A stretch of DNA of 63,787 nucleotides, counting the filler, from Octopus bimaculoides (Eukaryota): NCBI RefSeq assembly GCF_001194135.2. It is 6 parts of 6 records of this genome, joined end to end, with 100 filler letters (N's around TTAATTAATTAA, not from the genome) between each part and the next. Parts side by side here need not be neighbours in the genome. Positions count along the whole stretch, not along the records: positions 1 to 18,467 come from NC_068987.1; positions 18,568 to 38,838 come from NC_068983.1; 4 more parts are not named here. One strand, given 5' to 3'. The notes under the pieces were generated by a model, which ran no database searches, was not told the DNA's origin, and saw only the letters and a program-made list of their open reading frames with translations. The position numbers and the translations under genes were made by a program. This document shows positions 14,101 to 27,844 of the stretch, piece by piece. The number at the start of each line of letters is the position of its first letter. Within the stretch, counting starts at the first letter, position 1.

Positions 14101-16159
14101 ATATATATAATATAATATCGAAGGGAAATAGAAATATTGGAAATTTCTACTACCAGTGGCCTAGCGTGTAAAAATTTAGTCCAAAGACTATATATTACTC
14201 ATAAATACAGTGTACATTTAAACGGATAAGAGGTATCCATCATAGGATTCCCTCACGCTAGAAAGAACAGCTAAGTTCCACAACCACTATTAGAGATGTT
14301 TTCATTTTCATTTCATCCCTTTCGAAATGTTATCCCTAATAGTGGTTGTGAAACTTATCTGTTGTTTGTAGCGTGAGAGAAACCTATGATAGATACCTCT
14401 TATGTGTTTAAATGTACACTGTATTTATATATATATATATATNNNNNNNNNNNNNNNNNNNNNNNNNNNNNNNNNNNNNNNNNNNNNNNNNNNNNNNNNN
14501 NNNNNNNNNNNNNNNNNNNNNNNNNNNNNNNNNNNNNNNNNNNNNNNNNNNNNNNNNNNNNNNNNNNNNNNNNNNNNNNNNNNNNNNNNNNNNNNNNNNN
14601 NNNNNNNNNNNNNNNNNNNNNNNNNNNNNNNNNNNNNNNNNNNNNNNNNNNNNNNNNNNNNNNNNNNNNNNNNNNNNNNNNNNNNNNNNNNNNNNNNNNN
14701 NNNNNNNNNNNNNNNNNNNNNNNNNNNNNNNNNNNNNNNNNNNNNNNNNNNNNNNNNNNNNNNNNNNNNNNCCACCCGGACATAATCTCTCCGGTCCTTC
14801 GAAAACCTTCCATACCTTGCGACGATTCAGTGTGTAGTGTTAAGTTGGTGGTTGCGAACAATACAATACCATAAAAAGACATACACAGATATTCATGTAA
14901 AAAAAGTAAGAATAAACTTAAAATAAAAATAAAACTTAAAATAAAATAAAATAAAAAATAAAATAAAATATAAAAAATAAATAATAAAATAAAATAAAGG
15001 GAGTCAAGTAGGCTACATCTAAGCTATTTCAATCGGTTGGTGAAGGGTGGTGAGGAACAATCTGAATGTAGAAGGAGATAAAGTGATAAATAGAATAGAT
15101 ACAGAGATCTTAAAGGTCGTAAGGGATAGATATGTATGAGCTGTGTCTGCCTATCTCAGTGGTGNNNNNNNNNNTATGAGCTGTGTCTGCCTATCTCAGT
15201 GGTGGGTCGTATATATATATATATATATATATATATGCGTTTATACAGGCACACATATATATATAGATTTGCATTGATTTGTAAATGTAGTGTTGTTTTG
15301 TGCAATGAGTAGCATGCATGTAAGTGCACACATGTAAAGTGATTTATTGTACATAGGCACGGGTGTGGTGCTGTGGTAAGAAGCGTGTTTTACAACCACA
15401 TAAACCGGGTTCAGCCTCACTGTGTTCAGCCTTAGATAAGTGTCTTCTACTAGGGCCTCGGGAACACCGAAGCCTTACGGGTGGATTTGGTAGACGGAAA
15501 ATGAAAGAAACTTGTATATACAAGAATGGCCAGTGTGAAAGGACCGATTCTGAGCGTACACTTGTGAAGAAATAAAAGAAGGGCACTTGCTCTGTTTATC
15601 AGGTACCCGTGGCTTTGGTGGGGGTTTTTTCCAAGAGGACCTTTAAAGCGCTTCTCATATTGGTAGATTCATGTTGTTTAATTTTTTATTGTTTTCAAAT
15701 GTTTACACGCTGCAAAACGCTTTGTCTCGTCTTTATGTTGTGTCACGTTATTTTATGTTGTTTTATGTAAGCCCTTGTGGCTAATAAAAGAATTAATTAC
15801 TACTACTACTACTACTACTATTGGAGTTAACTAATCGATTTGTCCTCTTCAGCCAAATTTCAGGCCTTGTTTTTATAGAAGAAACGATGTGTTATAACTT
15901 CTTTTTTGCACACACTATCAGAGTGACGCTGATATCCATCATGACTACCCGTCTGATAAGCGTACGTCAGGCACATGTGTCACAACCATATGTGCAAGAC
16001 ACGGTGAACTCATATCAAGATAAACAGCGCATCACCTTACAGTTGGGACCCAGTTAGAATTTTCTTCAAGTCGAGTATATCAAATAAGAGTTGCTTGAGG
16101 CTGTTGAACGAAACACCCACGTTTCCAAAGTTGGATTATCCACCCACCTCCAAATTCTA

Positions 16160-16410
16160 TTAACACATGACTATTTTGCTCCCCCGCCACTCCTGCTCGT
16201 GATCAGAGATACACATATCGTCACCCACTGAGAGACACGCTCAACTGGTTAAGGTCTAACAACTGACAAACAAATCTGTGGTTTTGAGCAGAAGATTTGC
16301 TGTAGCCCATCTTTTATACCAAGACAAAACAACGTATATGATAACACTTCCAATCAGTTAAGATAAGAAGCCATGAAAGCCATTGCCTGGTGCTGCATCA
16401 GGGCATTTAC
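16160..16410 (+). repeat. Dispersed repeat of unassigned family (second copy ~39290-39450)
   Basis: Shared caaatctgtgg..ttgagcagaa.atttg.tgtagcccatcttttataccaagacaaaacaa...aatcagttaagataagaagccatga. Confidence 0.8.
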
Positions 16411-16435
16411 TATTATTGTTATTATTTTTAATATT

Positions 16436-16880
16436 AAGGCGGCGAGCTGACAGAATTGTTAGCACGCCGGGCGAAATGCTTAGCGGCATTTCGTCCGTCT
16501 TTACGTTCTGAGTTCAAATTATGCCGACGCCGATTTTGCCTATCATCCTTTCGTGGTCGATAAGTTAAGTACGGGTGAAACACTGGGGTCGATGTAATCG
16601 ACTAGTCCACTCCTCAAAATTTCAAGCCTTGTGCCTTTAGTAGACTAGATTATTATTATTAACGTTAAGGCGGCGAGCTGGTAGATTTGTAAGCATCCCG
16701 GGCGAAATGCTTAGCGGCATTACGTCCGTGTTTACGTTCTGAGTTCAAATTCCACCGAGATCAGCTTTGCCTTCCATCGTTTCGGGGTCGATAAATTAAG
16801 TACCAGTTGACTGCTGGGATCGATGTAATCGACTATTCCTCTCCCCATACTTCAGGCCTTGTGCCTGTAGTAGAAAGGGT
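16436..16880 (+). mobile_element. Two tandem SINE family A copies (16436-16660, 16667-16880)
   Basis: Both begin aaggcggcgagctg and end in (ATT)n tails. Confidence 0.9.
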
Positions 16881-16903
16881 TATGATTATTATTATTATTA
16901 TTG

Positions 16904-17009
<106 letters not shown>

Positions 17010-17159
17010 TGGTTTTGTTTTTCATTGCCAACTCTTTCTTTATCATAAAGATTTATGTCGAACTATTGCATCATAAATTATACTTTATGACAAATTATAG
17101 CAGATTAGAATTTATGGTCTGTGGTAAATTAATGTTAACTGAGGTTTGTAGTATGCATA

Positions 17160-17695
17160 TAGGCGCAGGAGTGGCTTTGTGGTAGGTAGCTTGCTTACCA
17201 ATCACATGGTTCCGGGATCAGTCCAACTGCGTGGCACCTTGGGCAAGTGTCTTCTGCTATAGCCTCGGGCTGATCAAAGCCTTGTGAATGGATTTGATGA
17301 ACGGAAACTCAAAAAAGCCCGTCGTANNNNNNNNNNNNNNNNNNNNNNNNNNNNNNNNNNNNNNNNNNNNNNNNNNNNNNNNNNNNNNNNNNNNNNNNNN
17401 NNNNNNNNNNNNNNNNNNNNNNNNNNNNNNNNNNNNNNNNNNNNNNNNNNNNNNNNNNNNNNNNNNNNNNNNNNNNNNNNNNNNNNNNNNNNNNTTTGTG
17501 TGTCTGTGTCCTGCTAACATCGCTTGACAACCGATGCTGGAGTGTTTACGTCCCCGTAACTTAGCGGTTCAGCAGAAGAGACCGACAGAATAAGTACTAG
17601 GCTTACAAAGAATAAGTACTGGGGTCGATTTGCTCGATTAAAGGTAGTGCTCCAGCATGGCCGTACTCATTTGACTGAAACAATTAAAAAAGTAT
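17160..17695 (+). mobile_element. SINE family B, full length (gap over the internal microsatellite)
   Basis: Same head, body and tail as 13725-14100. Confidence 0.9.
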
Positions 17696-17712
17696 ATATA
17701 TATATATATATA

Positions 17713-18467
17713 TAGACTGGGTTTGATGGGTAAATTGTCACTATTTCATAATTTCTAACTTCGCGCATGCGCTGGTTTGTTTTTGATTTTGTCGACTACA
17801 CGGTATAGTAGGGTCATTTGGTCACCGCCTGTGAGGAAAACAGTGCCATGACATAATTCACTCTGCCAGTAATTTGAAAACGACATGCTGTACTGCTTGG
17901 TATTCGCGCCGGAAACTCCCATACGAACATTTCAGATTGCTTGGGTGTCAATCTGAGGACAGTGCAATCTGAGGTCATGTACAGAGAGTGATAAAAATCA
18001 AACATCGAGTCAACATCATGGTGTTTGGAGTGATCACTAGTGATGATGAAATTATGCCTCCATTCATCATCCCACACGGCCTGAACACGGAGATCTACGA
18101 TAAGTGCCTGGAGGTGGTAGTGCTTGCTGTTCTGGGTCAAGAGGGTGGCTGCTGGAAGACCCTAAATCTGGCAACAGGACTCTGCACCATGCCACACAAG
18201 CAGTAGAATCCACTCATGGCTATCAGAGAATTTCTGCATCCACATCACCCGTAACATCTGACCACCTAACTCCCCAGACTGCAACCCCTTTTGGTTATTA
18301 TGTGTGGGACGCAGATCAATAAAACTCCTTGTAGCACCAAGGACGAAAGAAAGGATTATGGCAGCATTACTAACTTAAACAAGAAGAACGTCCAGAAAAG
18401 TTGCTGGAAATTCTGAAGTCGTTTGGAAGCCGTGGTTGAAGCCAATGGGGATTTTATTGAATGAATT
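17713..18467 (+). mobile_element. Tc1/mariner (maT/DD37D-like) transposon, internally deleted and decayed
   Basis: KHRVNIMVFGVITSD..IMPPFI, WQQDSAPCHT and I*PPNSPDCNP..YYVW catalytic-domain motifs, with frameshifts. Truncated by the linker gap. Confidence 0.85.
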
Positions 18468-18567
18468 NNNNNNNNNNNNNNNNNNNNNNNNNNNNNNNNN
18501 NNNNNNNNNNNTTAATTAATTAANNNNNNNNNNNNNNNNNNNNNNNNNNNNNNNNNNNNNNNNNNNN
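18468..18567. other. Artificial 100-bp scaffolding linker (44 N + TTAATTAATTAA + 44 N)
   Basis: Identical construct at five places. The 12-mer has stop codons in all six frames. Confidence 0.95.
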
Positions 18568-18631
18568 ATATATATATATATATAGATAGATAGATAGATA
18601 GATAGACAGATAGACAGATAGATAGATAGAC

Positions 18632-18674
<43 letters not shown>

Positions 18675-19849
18675 AAGATAGATATGTGTGATATAAATCC
18701 ATGAGTGTAGGTGGATTTTTAGTACTGACGTGTAAGAACAGGAGTAGCTCTGAGCGTTGTTAGTAGATTGGTACTTGTTTTACTTGTTCTGCTGACCAAA
18801 GCTCATAGCAATGAAAACAACATTTATTTTTCACTGTCTTTTTTAACTGATTTTATCTCTGAGAAAACTATTCCCATATTCAAAGTTGAGCTCAACCCAT
18901 GCTAGCATAGACAATGAACATAAAATGACGATGTTGATGGTATTGATGATGATGATGATGATGATGATGTACCTTTGTATCAATGTCAGAAAAGTAACCA
19001 TTTATATTTACACACACACACACACACACACATGTTGCCTCACTGTTCAATCAATGACACTAACAGGTTTTGACTTTCACACGCAAATTTTACAAAAGCA
19101 AATCGTAAAGTCATTCAATGGAAAGTGTTGGAAACCAGAGTGGACGTTATGTTAGGTTTTCAGACACTGCTGAAAATATCCCAATAGTTTCTCCTTTTGA
19201 AATAGTTGCTTATGGGCATAAGAAAGAATTATCTCAGAATAGATTTATTAAAACTAGGGTCTGAAAGTGACCAAGTCGGAGTACACAACTGCAAAGAAAC
19301 CAATATAAATTTACATATATGTTCACAGATTAGTAGTTTGGTAGTTTGATAAAGTGAAGGTGCTCTTTAGTGAAATACACCTGACTACTAAATACACACA
19401 CACACACTACTAGTTGTGGTAATGGTTGATATAATTAACTGTGGTAATAGTCTAGCTTTTATGATTTTGAAACCATATATTCTCTTTACACTGAAACCTT
19501 GGAAGTAAATTAGATATGAGCTTTACTTTGTCACTTCTGTTATTAAATTCATTAATCTCAGATATACTTTATCTGCAGTCTGAATGTGACACATACTGAA
19601 AAATGACTCGCACGCACGCACACACACATACACACACATTTTAAGTATCTTTCTCTTGTCTTCAATTAAATTTTCCTGCCTCATAACCTAACAATCTTGT
19701 TAACAATGCATTCACCACCAGCATGGTTTCCAATTAGCTCTTCCCAGTTTTCATATTTATATGCACAACCATTTTTTCTAACAGTCTGAAGAAGTCACAT
19801 TAGTGAGACTAATATGTCAATGCAAATATATTTGTAATATAAAATATCT

Positions 19850-21300
19850 TTTACAGTTCATGTATTCTTTATCAAATAATGTTTCAGCTCAAATTAACAT
19901 AACTCTATCCAGAACAGGTTCCTTTAAATGCACAAAGTTCTTACTTTGCCCTCAAGAATGATTAACTGAAATTCATTAATGATTCATTAATTATATTGAT
20001 AAATCTGTCAACAACAGATTTGTGTACCCTAATGAAAAGATATTTTGGATTCTGACAGTCCAAAACTAAGATATAACTTTATCTTTGTGAAATATTACAA
20101 ATACCGTTAACATGTGATTTGATAAAATCCACGAGAATAGTAATTTTTCTTCCAACTTTACTTCAATGTTAATTCCAATTTTATTTCAAACACTTCTGAA
20201 ACCACCCTCATTATTACATTAAACTAAATCTTTAATCTAGACAATGTATCCAAAACTGAAATCAATTTGCTTGAGACAAAATCTTTTCTTACTTAAAAAA
20301 TGATGCTACATAGATAAAGAAAACTAATTCCAATTCCTTCAACATTAGAATGAGCTCCAAAGATTCTGCTGGAGTTAGTGATGTGATTGATTATGTCCTA
20401 AAGCTAATGTTTGATTAATAGTTTGGTGGTTTATTTAGAGATAATGGAATACTCTTATTTTGTAATCATAAGGCCTTGTCAACTGCTAAATTTATAGAAA
20501 GAATCTGTAACATTTTAAAAGTCCAGGCTCCTCTTACACTGTTCAAGCACACATTAAAACTGTCAACTTTCTTTGTCACTCTGAACTTTAAAATTCTGTA
20601 TATAAGCCATTTACGAAACCCATGGAAAAACTACAATATATACAGACATCCGCAAACCCATAGTAACTTTGCTAACTTGGTGAAAAATGTTTTCTTTAAA
20701 CTATCTACCATCTGTCAAATAAATTTTAACTATAATCTCAAAACATGCAACAAGATACTGTCAATAAGCAGATACCTCGAAAAAGGTAAATTACATCCAG
20801 AATATGAAGATAACCCATGGTTTATTTCACCACTTAACCTACACTGTTTCACTCTTCTCGCTAAATCATCTTTAAGCTTATACAGAACATTTTCCACCCA
20901 CTTGCAGATATCACATACTACCAACAAATGCTAAACACCTAGCAAATGTAAAGGCATATTAGCTACTACTAACTACTACAAATTTTCTATCTAATTTAAC
21001 AAATTTCACTCTTTTAATTTTAATATCTGTGTCTGAACTAGAAACAACTTCTGTCCCTTTGAACTAAACCAGACAGCAAAATAACTAACATGCTGAATCA
21101 CAGTTGACACTGACTATGAATATCACCTACAAAGGTCTCATAGTAAAATGTTTTGATAAAATTTTATTAGCACTTCTATACATTTTGCAATCTTCATAGG
21201 AAAAGATATACTTACTGAGCTATAGTGGTTCCCTAAAGACAGGAATGTGTCATAAAATTAACTGAAACCTACTGTCATTAAACACTATTCTAGTCATAAA
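19850..21300 (+). mobile_element. Penelope-like retroelement, heavily decayed (RT plus GIY-YIG)
   Basis: *IKKTNSNSFNIRMSSKDSAGVSDVIDYVL (from 20311) and GGLFRDNGILL (20425) align with the RT motifs of the 60-62 kb copy (WIRKNTPDSFDVTMGSSDSAQLADLVG; GGLYRGD). Downstream CV*TRNNFCPF and ITYKGL...HFYTF...RKRYT remnants. Confidence 0.7.
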
Positions 21301-21721
21301 AGCTCTGTGAAAATCATATCTCAGAATCTTTTGAGAAACTCCTATATTGACTAGTTTTTCTTGATCTTGTAATTAAGACTGTTCTACATACATACATACA
21401 TACATACATACATGCATACATCCCTGAAACATGAAAGGTGCCTCATCACCAAAACAAACTCAGATGAGGAATGCTGCATCCACAGAAATTCATTCCAGCA
21501 TATTAACTGCAAACTCATTTTGTCTTGGTTTATCATCCACTTTGAGTGCCTGTAAAAGTTGCACTTTGTAAACATACAATACGTGTACACACATACACAC
21601 ATAAATACATACATGCTCACTTACATGTATATCTATGTATTTGCATATGCATGTGTATAAGTGCTATTATGCGTGTGTGTATGTGTGTGTGTGTGTGTAT
21701 GTGTGTACACAAACACACATA

Positions 21722-22880
21722 TACAAGGTGTCCATACAGGCTCTTTACAATTTCAAAAATTTATTACAAATGCAAATAAAAAGATAAATCTGTGAAAGTT
21801 ATTACAAAATGAGGAGTAGATATTGAAGTGTTTTTGCTTCATTTAATACATCTCTATATAGGCACCATTCGTTGCACAAAGCACCTCAAGACAGTAATCA
21901 GTTTCTTGCCATGTTCACTGTGGCACAGTTTTATCAATGGTGGTAATGACATCAGTGATCCTTTGCTTCAGGTCATTGATGTCCCATATTCTTGTTTGAT
22001 ACACGATGTCTTTAACATAAACCCCATAGAAAAAAGTCCAGGGGAGTGACATCTGGAGAACGAGGTGCCCAGGGGACTGGGCCATCCCTTTGACTCCACT
22101 GGTCTGGAAATGTTTAATTTAGGGATCCACAAACATGCAGTCCCCAATGTGATGGTGCACTATCCTGCTGGAAAATGATGGTTGGTTGAAGGTTGTCCAG
22201 TTGTGGTGCCACATATTCAGTTAAAAGGTCAAGGAAAACATTTGCAAAAATCGATCTCTGTGTGAAGAAAAATGGACCAATGATTCAATTGCACATCATC
22301 CCACACCAGATATACACCTTTGGACTATCTTGATGAAGTTCTCTAGTCACATGGGGATGTTCTGATCCCCAAATCCTCACATTATACATTAAGTGTGTTT
22401 AGTTTCCCTGAAACATGAAAGGTGCCTCATCACTAAAACAAACTCAGGTGAGGAATGCTGCATATCGACAGAAATTCATTCCAGCATGTTAACTGCAAAC
22501 TCATTTAGTCTTGGTTTATCATTCACTTTGAGTGCCTGTAAGAATTGCACTTTGTAAGCATACAATCACAAGTTCTTATGTAGGACTTTGTGTGCACTGT
22601 TGAATGTGGTAGCTCTAACTGTCTGGCAGCAGTATGTATGGCTTTTGTAGGAGAACTATCAATGTTTTCCTCAGATAATTTTGGTCGACCACTTCTCCTT
22701 TCATCCAACACTGTTCCTGTTTCCATAAATTTCTTGTGCTATGGACAAATAGATGGACATGAAGGTGGATGTCTTCCTTGCTTAATCCTGTAGTTTCACT
22801 AGGTCTGTGTGTCCAATTTTGTTTCAATAAATCACAATACACATTAGGCCTTTCCTTGAGGAGTAGCCATTTTTTCAGGA
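21722..22880 (-). mobile_element. Tc1/mariner-superfamily transposon fossil; a ~160-bp direct-repeat fragment of it lies at 21421-21580
   Basis: MATPQGKA...FIETK...KFMETGTVLDERRSGRPK..SEENID...SPTK.I.TAARQLELPHSTVH, then FSDEAPFHVSG and WFPGHLVLQMSLP-like remnants. TIR-like tacaaggtgtccatacagg at 21722. Confidence 0.85.
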
Positions 22881-23073
22881 TTTCATGTTACTGAACCTTA
22901 TCCATCAACAGGGTACCTGAAAAGCACAAATGCAATGTAGTTAAAAACTTTGATAACCACTGAGTCTCTAAAATAAATCTGATAAACATATCCTACCAAT
23001 TGTCTTTTGAAATTGTAAAGAGCCTTTATGGATATATGTGTGAGACACACATAAGAAGGAAGGAAACAAAGGA

Positions 23074-23113
23074 CCACTGATGAGGTCACAGAAGTGTGAC
23101 GAAAGAACTCTGG
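23074..23113 (+). ncRNA. Minimal type I hammerhead ribozyme-like motif
   Basis: CCA-CUGAUGA-G-GUCAC agaagu GUGAC-GAAA-G aa CUC-UGG. Both core boxes are intact, with 5-bp stem II, 3-bp stem I, CUC triplet and a very short stem III. Confidence 0.55.
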
Positions 23114-23221
23114 CCGAAATAAGATTAAGATTAATGTAATATAAAGCTGAAGCAAATTAACACCAAATATACAGTGCATGTGTTTTTATTGGCTAAACTG
23201 GCAATATGACCATCCCCAAGT

Positions 23222-23269
<48 letters not shown>

Positions 23270-24546
23270 TCTCATTTATATATATATAGACATGTATATG
23301 TATATAAATACATAAGCAATCATGGCTATGTGATAAGAAGCTTGCTTTCCAACCATATGATTCCAGGTTCAGTCCCTTTCGTCACGTGTCAGTGACGAGA
23401 GGGTCAAGGAGGAGAAGTGAGAGAGAGGGAACGGTGAAAGGAAGAGAAGAATAGGGGAGGGTTGGGAGAGAAAAACAGAAAGGATGAAGAACAAGAGAGA
23501 AAGAGAGATAGACAGTGAAGTGATAGTAATAGTAGTAGAGTGCGCAGTAGAAATTATTAAGATAAAACTTACTTGGAGACAGAGCGTGGCGTTCGATCAT
23601 ATGATAACATAAATAATATATAACTATATGCATATATCCATACATATATGTCCATACCTACATCTATATGTATACATACATGTATATATGAGTACAGGAC
23701 ATCACAAAATATATACAATTAGTTTAGGCAGCAGTAAGCAATTTGTACCAAAATGGGAAACTATAAACACCATTAAATATGACTGAGGGTGTTACAAATG
23801 CCTACATTGATAGAAATAAGAGGTAAATGCTCAAATGATGCAGCAAAGCAGATAATTGTATACATTACAGGCTGACATGGACTGTAATCATCCGAAAAGC
23901 AGTGGTCAAGATATTCCCAGACTGATTGATCAGTTTTGGCTTTCTTGCCATAGCATCTTCAATGGGACTGGCCCAACTTGGCTGTTCCTGGATGATGGTC
24001 AACACAAGCATGTCTGCACCACAGAAATCTATGGATGATTCATTTGTTCATGTATATATATGTATATATATATATATATAATCAAATGAATGATAACAGA
24101 TGATGGATAATTGTCAGGTCATTACAGCTGTTTCTTACACATTTTTAAATAGAAGAATAAGAACATTACTTCATTGCAAAAACAGAAGTCTGTTGAGGCT
24201 TCCTCGGCAGTCTTCAACCATGTCCCTGATGTATTCTTGGGATATTCTTTTGTTTTTGAAATGATGTTCCATCTGATGATTACATTTTTTTTGCAATGAA
24301 GTTATTATTCATTTGATTATAGTACATCTTAGTGATTTATGACACGTTGGACACCCTGGAGTAGAACAGCAGCCTACAATCAACATAATGTGTGCTTTGG
24401 ACCAGTTCCTAGGCACTAAATACTCATAGGGTTGGTTTTCTTTGTGTACACAATCTGAATATCCTATTTGATATTTATCAATCATAGATAGTGACCACAG
24501 GTTTATTCAGCCCTACCTGTTGCATATCTTTTCAAGTATCTGATTC

Positions 24547-24593
<47 letters not shown>

Positions 24594-24710
24594 TAATATA
24601 TAGTTCATCCTAATTCTAATTTTTATTGGACACAGGGATATCTCCCTTCAATTATGCAACTAATTGTATCAAATCAACAAAAAGCATCACTATTCTTTCA
24701 TGTATTTCAG

Positions 24711-24856
24711 ATCAAACCATAAACACCCATTCCAGTTTCAAATAGATGGTGGAACAATGATTAAAGGATGGCAGCTTGGTTTAAAAGGTGCTTGTGTTGG
24801 TGAAACACGAAAGCTAACTATCCCTCCAAAATATGCTTTTGGTGAATATGGGAACC
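24711..24856 (+). CDS. FKBP14: ER FKBP-type PPIase (FKBP14/FKBP7-like), coding exon 2
   Basis: Acceptor tgtatttcag| and donor |gtaagt. Reads (S)SNHKHPFQFQIDGGTMIKGWQLGLKGACVGETRKLTIPPKYAFGEYGN(P), matching the FKBP core IKGW..G..G.C.GE.RKL.IPP..A.G. Enters in phase 2, exits in phase 1. FKBP14 versus FKBP7 cannot be resolved by eye. Confidence 0.92.
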
Positions 24857-25104
24857 GTAAGTATTTTCTTCTTTCATCAATTAATCTAATTTAAAAAAAG
24901 CGAAAATGTGATTTAGGTGTAACATCGAATTTCTTCTAGTATTTCCTTTATTGGACACTAAACTCTGCTTGTGAAGACCTGTTGGGGCAAGTGAAATCGA
25001 AATCGAAATTGAACCAAATTCGATGACTGGCACCTGTGCCAGTGGAGCGCTAACAGCACCATCTGAGTGTAACCATTGCCAGAGCAGCTGTCTGGCTTCC
25101 GTGA

Positions 25105-26234
25105 CGTACTAGAGAGATCAGTAGACTCATGCAGTGTATAAACAGAGCTTTCGGAAATTGAAGCTCCTCCAACTTGGTCTGGATCTGCTCTACCAAACCC
25201 TTCCTCACTTCTGCCATTTTTTTCACTCCATCAACTGTAACTCACTGAAGCTGATTCCATGGAAGGTTATAGTGTTGCAGAATTTTCTGCTCCTCTATGA
25301 AACTATCTTCTCCATTTGTTGTTCCATGTATACTGCAAGCAGATGCCATTTCTACTATAATCTCAAAGTTGCAATTAACACCACAAATGAACACAAGAAG
25401 TTGTGACGTACTAGAGAGAATACCACAAGATTTTTTTAACTGTCTCATGTATCTGTAACTGTATATTTTCTCCAAGTTCTTCTGTTCTCCACACAACTGA
25501 ACTTGCCGAAAGCTGATACAGCCAAACATGTCAGCTGTTTTCAGGACATAAGTTATTTACTGCTTCCATCTTTTATAAAGTTTTCATTAGTAAATAGGTT
25601 TCCTCACTCTGCCAACTTATTCACTATTTTGTAACTTACACGAGTGATAAATTCATTTTCAACAAACTTTTTCAGAAAGAAATTCCTTTGGGATTCCAAA
25701 CTACATTTCATAGATTCAAATTTCTTGGACTGCAACTTTCTAGAATATTTAGAATGTGTTGAGAGATGTTTTGCTTCATAGTGACAATGAATATTGTATT
25801 CTTTCATAACAGCAACACTTTCATTGCATATCTGGCAACTAGCTTTCTGGTCGTTTGTTTCCACAAAGAAGTAATTTTCTCTCCATTCTTTATTGAAAAT
25901 ATGACATTCATCATCAACCTTTCTCTTAGTAACCATAACAATGGGTGAAGAAAAAAACAAAAGCAGTCTTAGGCCTCAGAATCAGATATTCTCGTTTTAA
26001 TCACTAATAATTGACTAACCTGAAGCACACATGATGTACTGTAGTAATTATTATGGTGCATGAAATACATAGCACGTGACATGACTGACTCAGCATACAT
26101 ATAACATGTGTAATCTAAGAAGTGTAAGAAACATTATAAAAGCATGTTTATTTATTTCAGCATACAATGGCTGGCCAGACAAATTGACATAGCGGGCCGA
26201 ATCTGGCCTGCGCGCCATAGTTTGGTGACCTATG
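25105..26234 (-). mobile_element. hAT (Charlie/SPIN/GTF2IRD2-like) transposon 5' fragment in FKBP intron 2
   Basis: Terminal CATAGGTCACCAAACTATGGCGCGCAGGCCAGATTCGGCCCGC resembles Charlie TIRs. ORF KRKVDDECHIFNKEWRENYFFVE...CQICNESVAVMKEYNIHCHYEAKH is the characteristic zinc-finger N-terminus. Confidence 0.85.
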
Positions 26235-26271
26235 GTTTAGATCATGAGTGATTTAAATCCTTCATATTCTA

Positions 26272-26778
<507 letters not shown>

Positions 26779-27389
26779 AGAAAATAAACCTGTCCACGTA
26801 AATATCTGAGAAGTGGTACACACAGCTTGGATTAATATTAGAAAATATGGATTTATAAACTGCTGTACAAAATTAGCTTCTGCTGTGATTACATTAGTAT
26901 TTTTAAAATCTTCCTTTTAATTGTTTCTTTCCTATTATTTATTTTCAAAAAAAGCATTTGTAACATGCTCTTCAGTGAAAGAGACTAAGTTGAGAAGCAC
27001 TGCTTTACAAGAATTCTTTTGTCATTAAAGAATTGAAATCATATACTTTGGATCCTTTTAATCTTTTTTTCAACCACCAGAAGTTTTTCAAATTTTCTAC
27101 ACTGATTTGGCTTTGCATGCTGATGACACAAACCACATTAATTTTCTCTAGAAATTAGTAATAAAAAAGTTACAAATCTTTAAACTTATGCAATTTCAGT
27201 TGATTAGAAGCATCCATTGCTGACATACTGGAAGTCACAAAATACTTGAGTGTAGAAAACCTGAAAAAATTCTGTCAGATGGAAAAAAATTTAAGATATT
27301 TATGAAATTGTTTGAAATCTATTTTATTGAGAATTAAAGGTGCACAGAAACAAAATAATATATATTTCTTATGTGTCTGTCTTTTGCAG

Positions 27390-27520
27390 CTGTTGGAATC
27401 CCTGGAAATTCAATTTTAATATTTGATATTGAAATTGTTTCTATTGAAGATGGTCCAGAAATACCTGATACTTTTTCATTAATTGATACTGATAAGGACA
27501 AACGACTGTCAAGGAATGAG
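27390..27520 (+). CDS. FKBP14: FKBP14/FKBP7-like coding exon 3 (end of FKBP domain plus EF-hand 1)
   Basis: Acceptor cttttgcag| and donor GAG|gtaaat. Reads (P)VGIPGNSILIFDIEIVSIEDGPEIPDTFSLIDTDKDKRLSRNE, with the FKBP terminal strand IP.NS.LIFDIE and EF-hand loop DTDKDKRLSRNE. Phase 1 in, phase 0 out, compatible with its neighbours. Confidence 0.92.
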
Positions 27521-27844
27521 GTAAATCTAATTACATGATATGTATGTATGTATGTATGTATGTATGTGTGTGTGTATGTATGTATGTATGTGTCTGCATG
27601 CATATATACATAAACATAGATACATTGACACTGATGTGTATGTGTAGTTAAGATGTTGCTTCACAACCACGTGGTTTTGGATCAATTTTGCTGCTTTCCA
27701 CTACAGCCATAGCTGACCTGTGCCCTATGGGTGAATTTGGTGAATGGAAACTTTGCAAAGTTTGTTATATGTGGGTGTGTATGTATGCGTGTATGTATGT
27801 CTCTTCTATTTTTTAATTATTATAAATCTTCCACTGAGGAGGGA

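Noticed and set aside
20476-20934. 152-aa ORF as a host gene
   Set aside because: It lies within the decayed Penelope-like element and mixes frames of its post-RT region.
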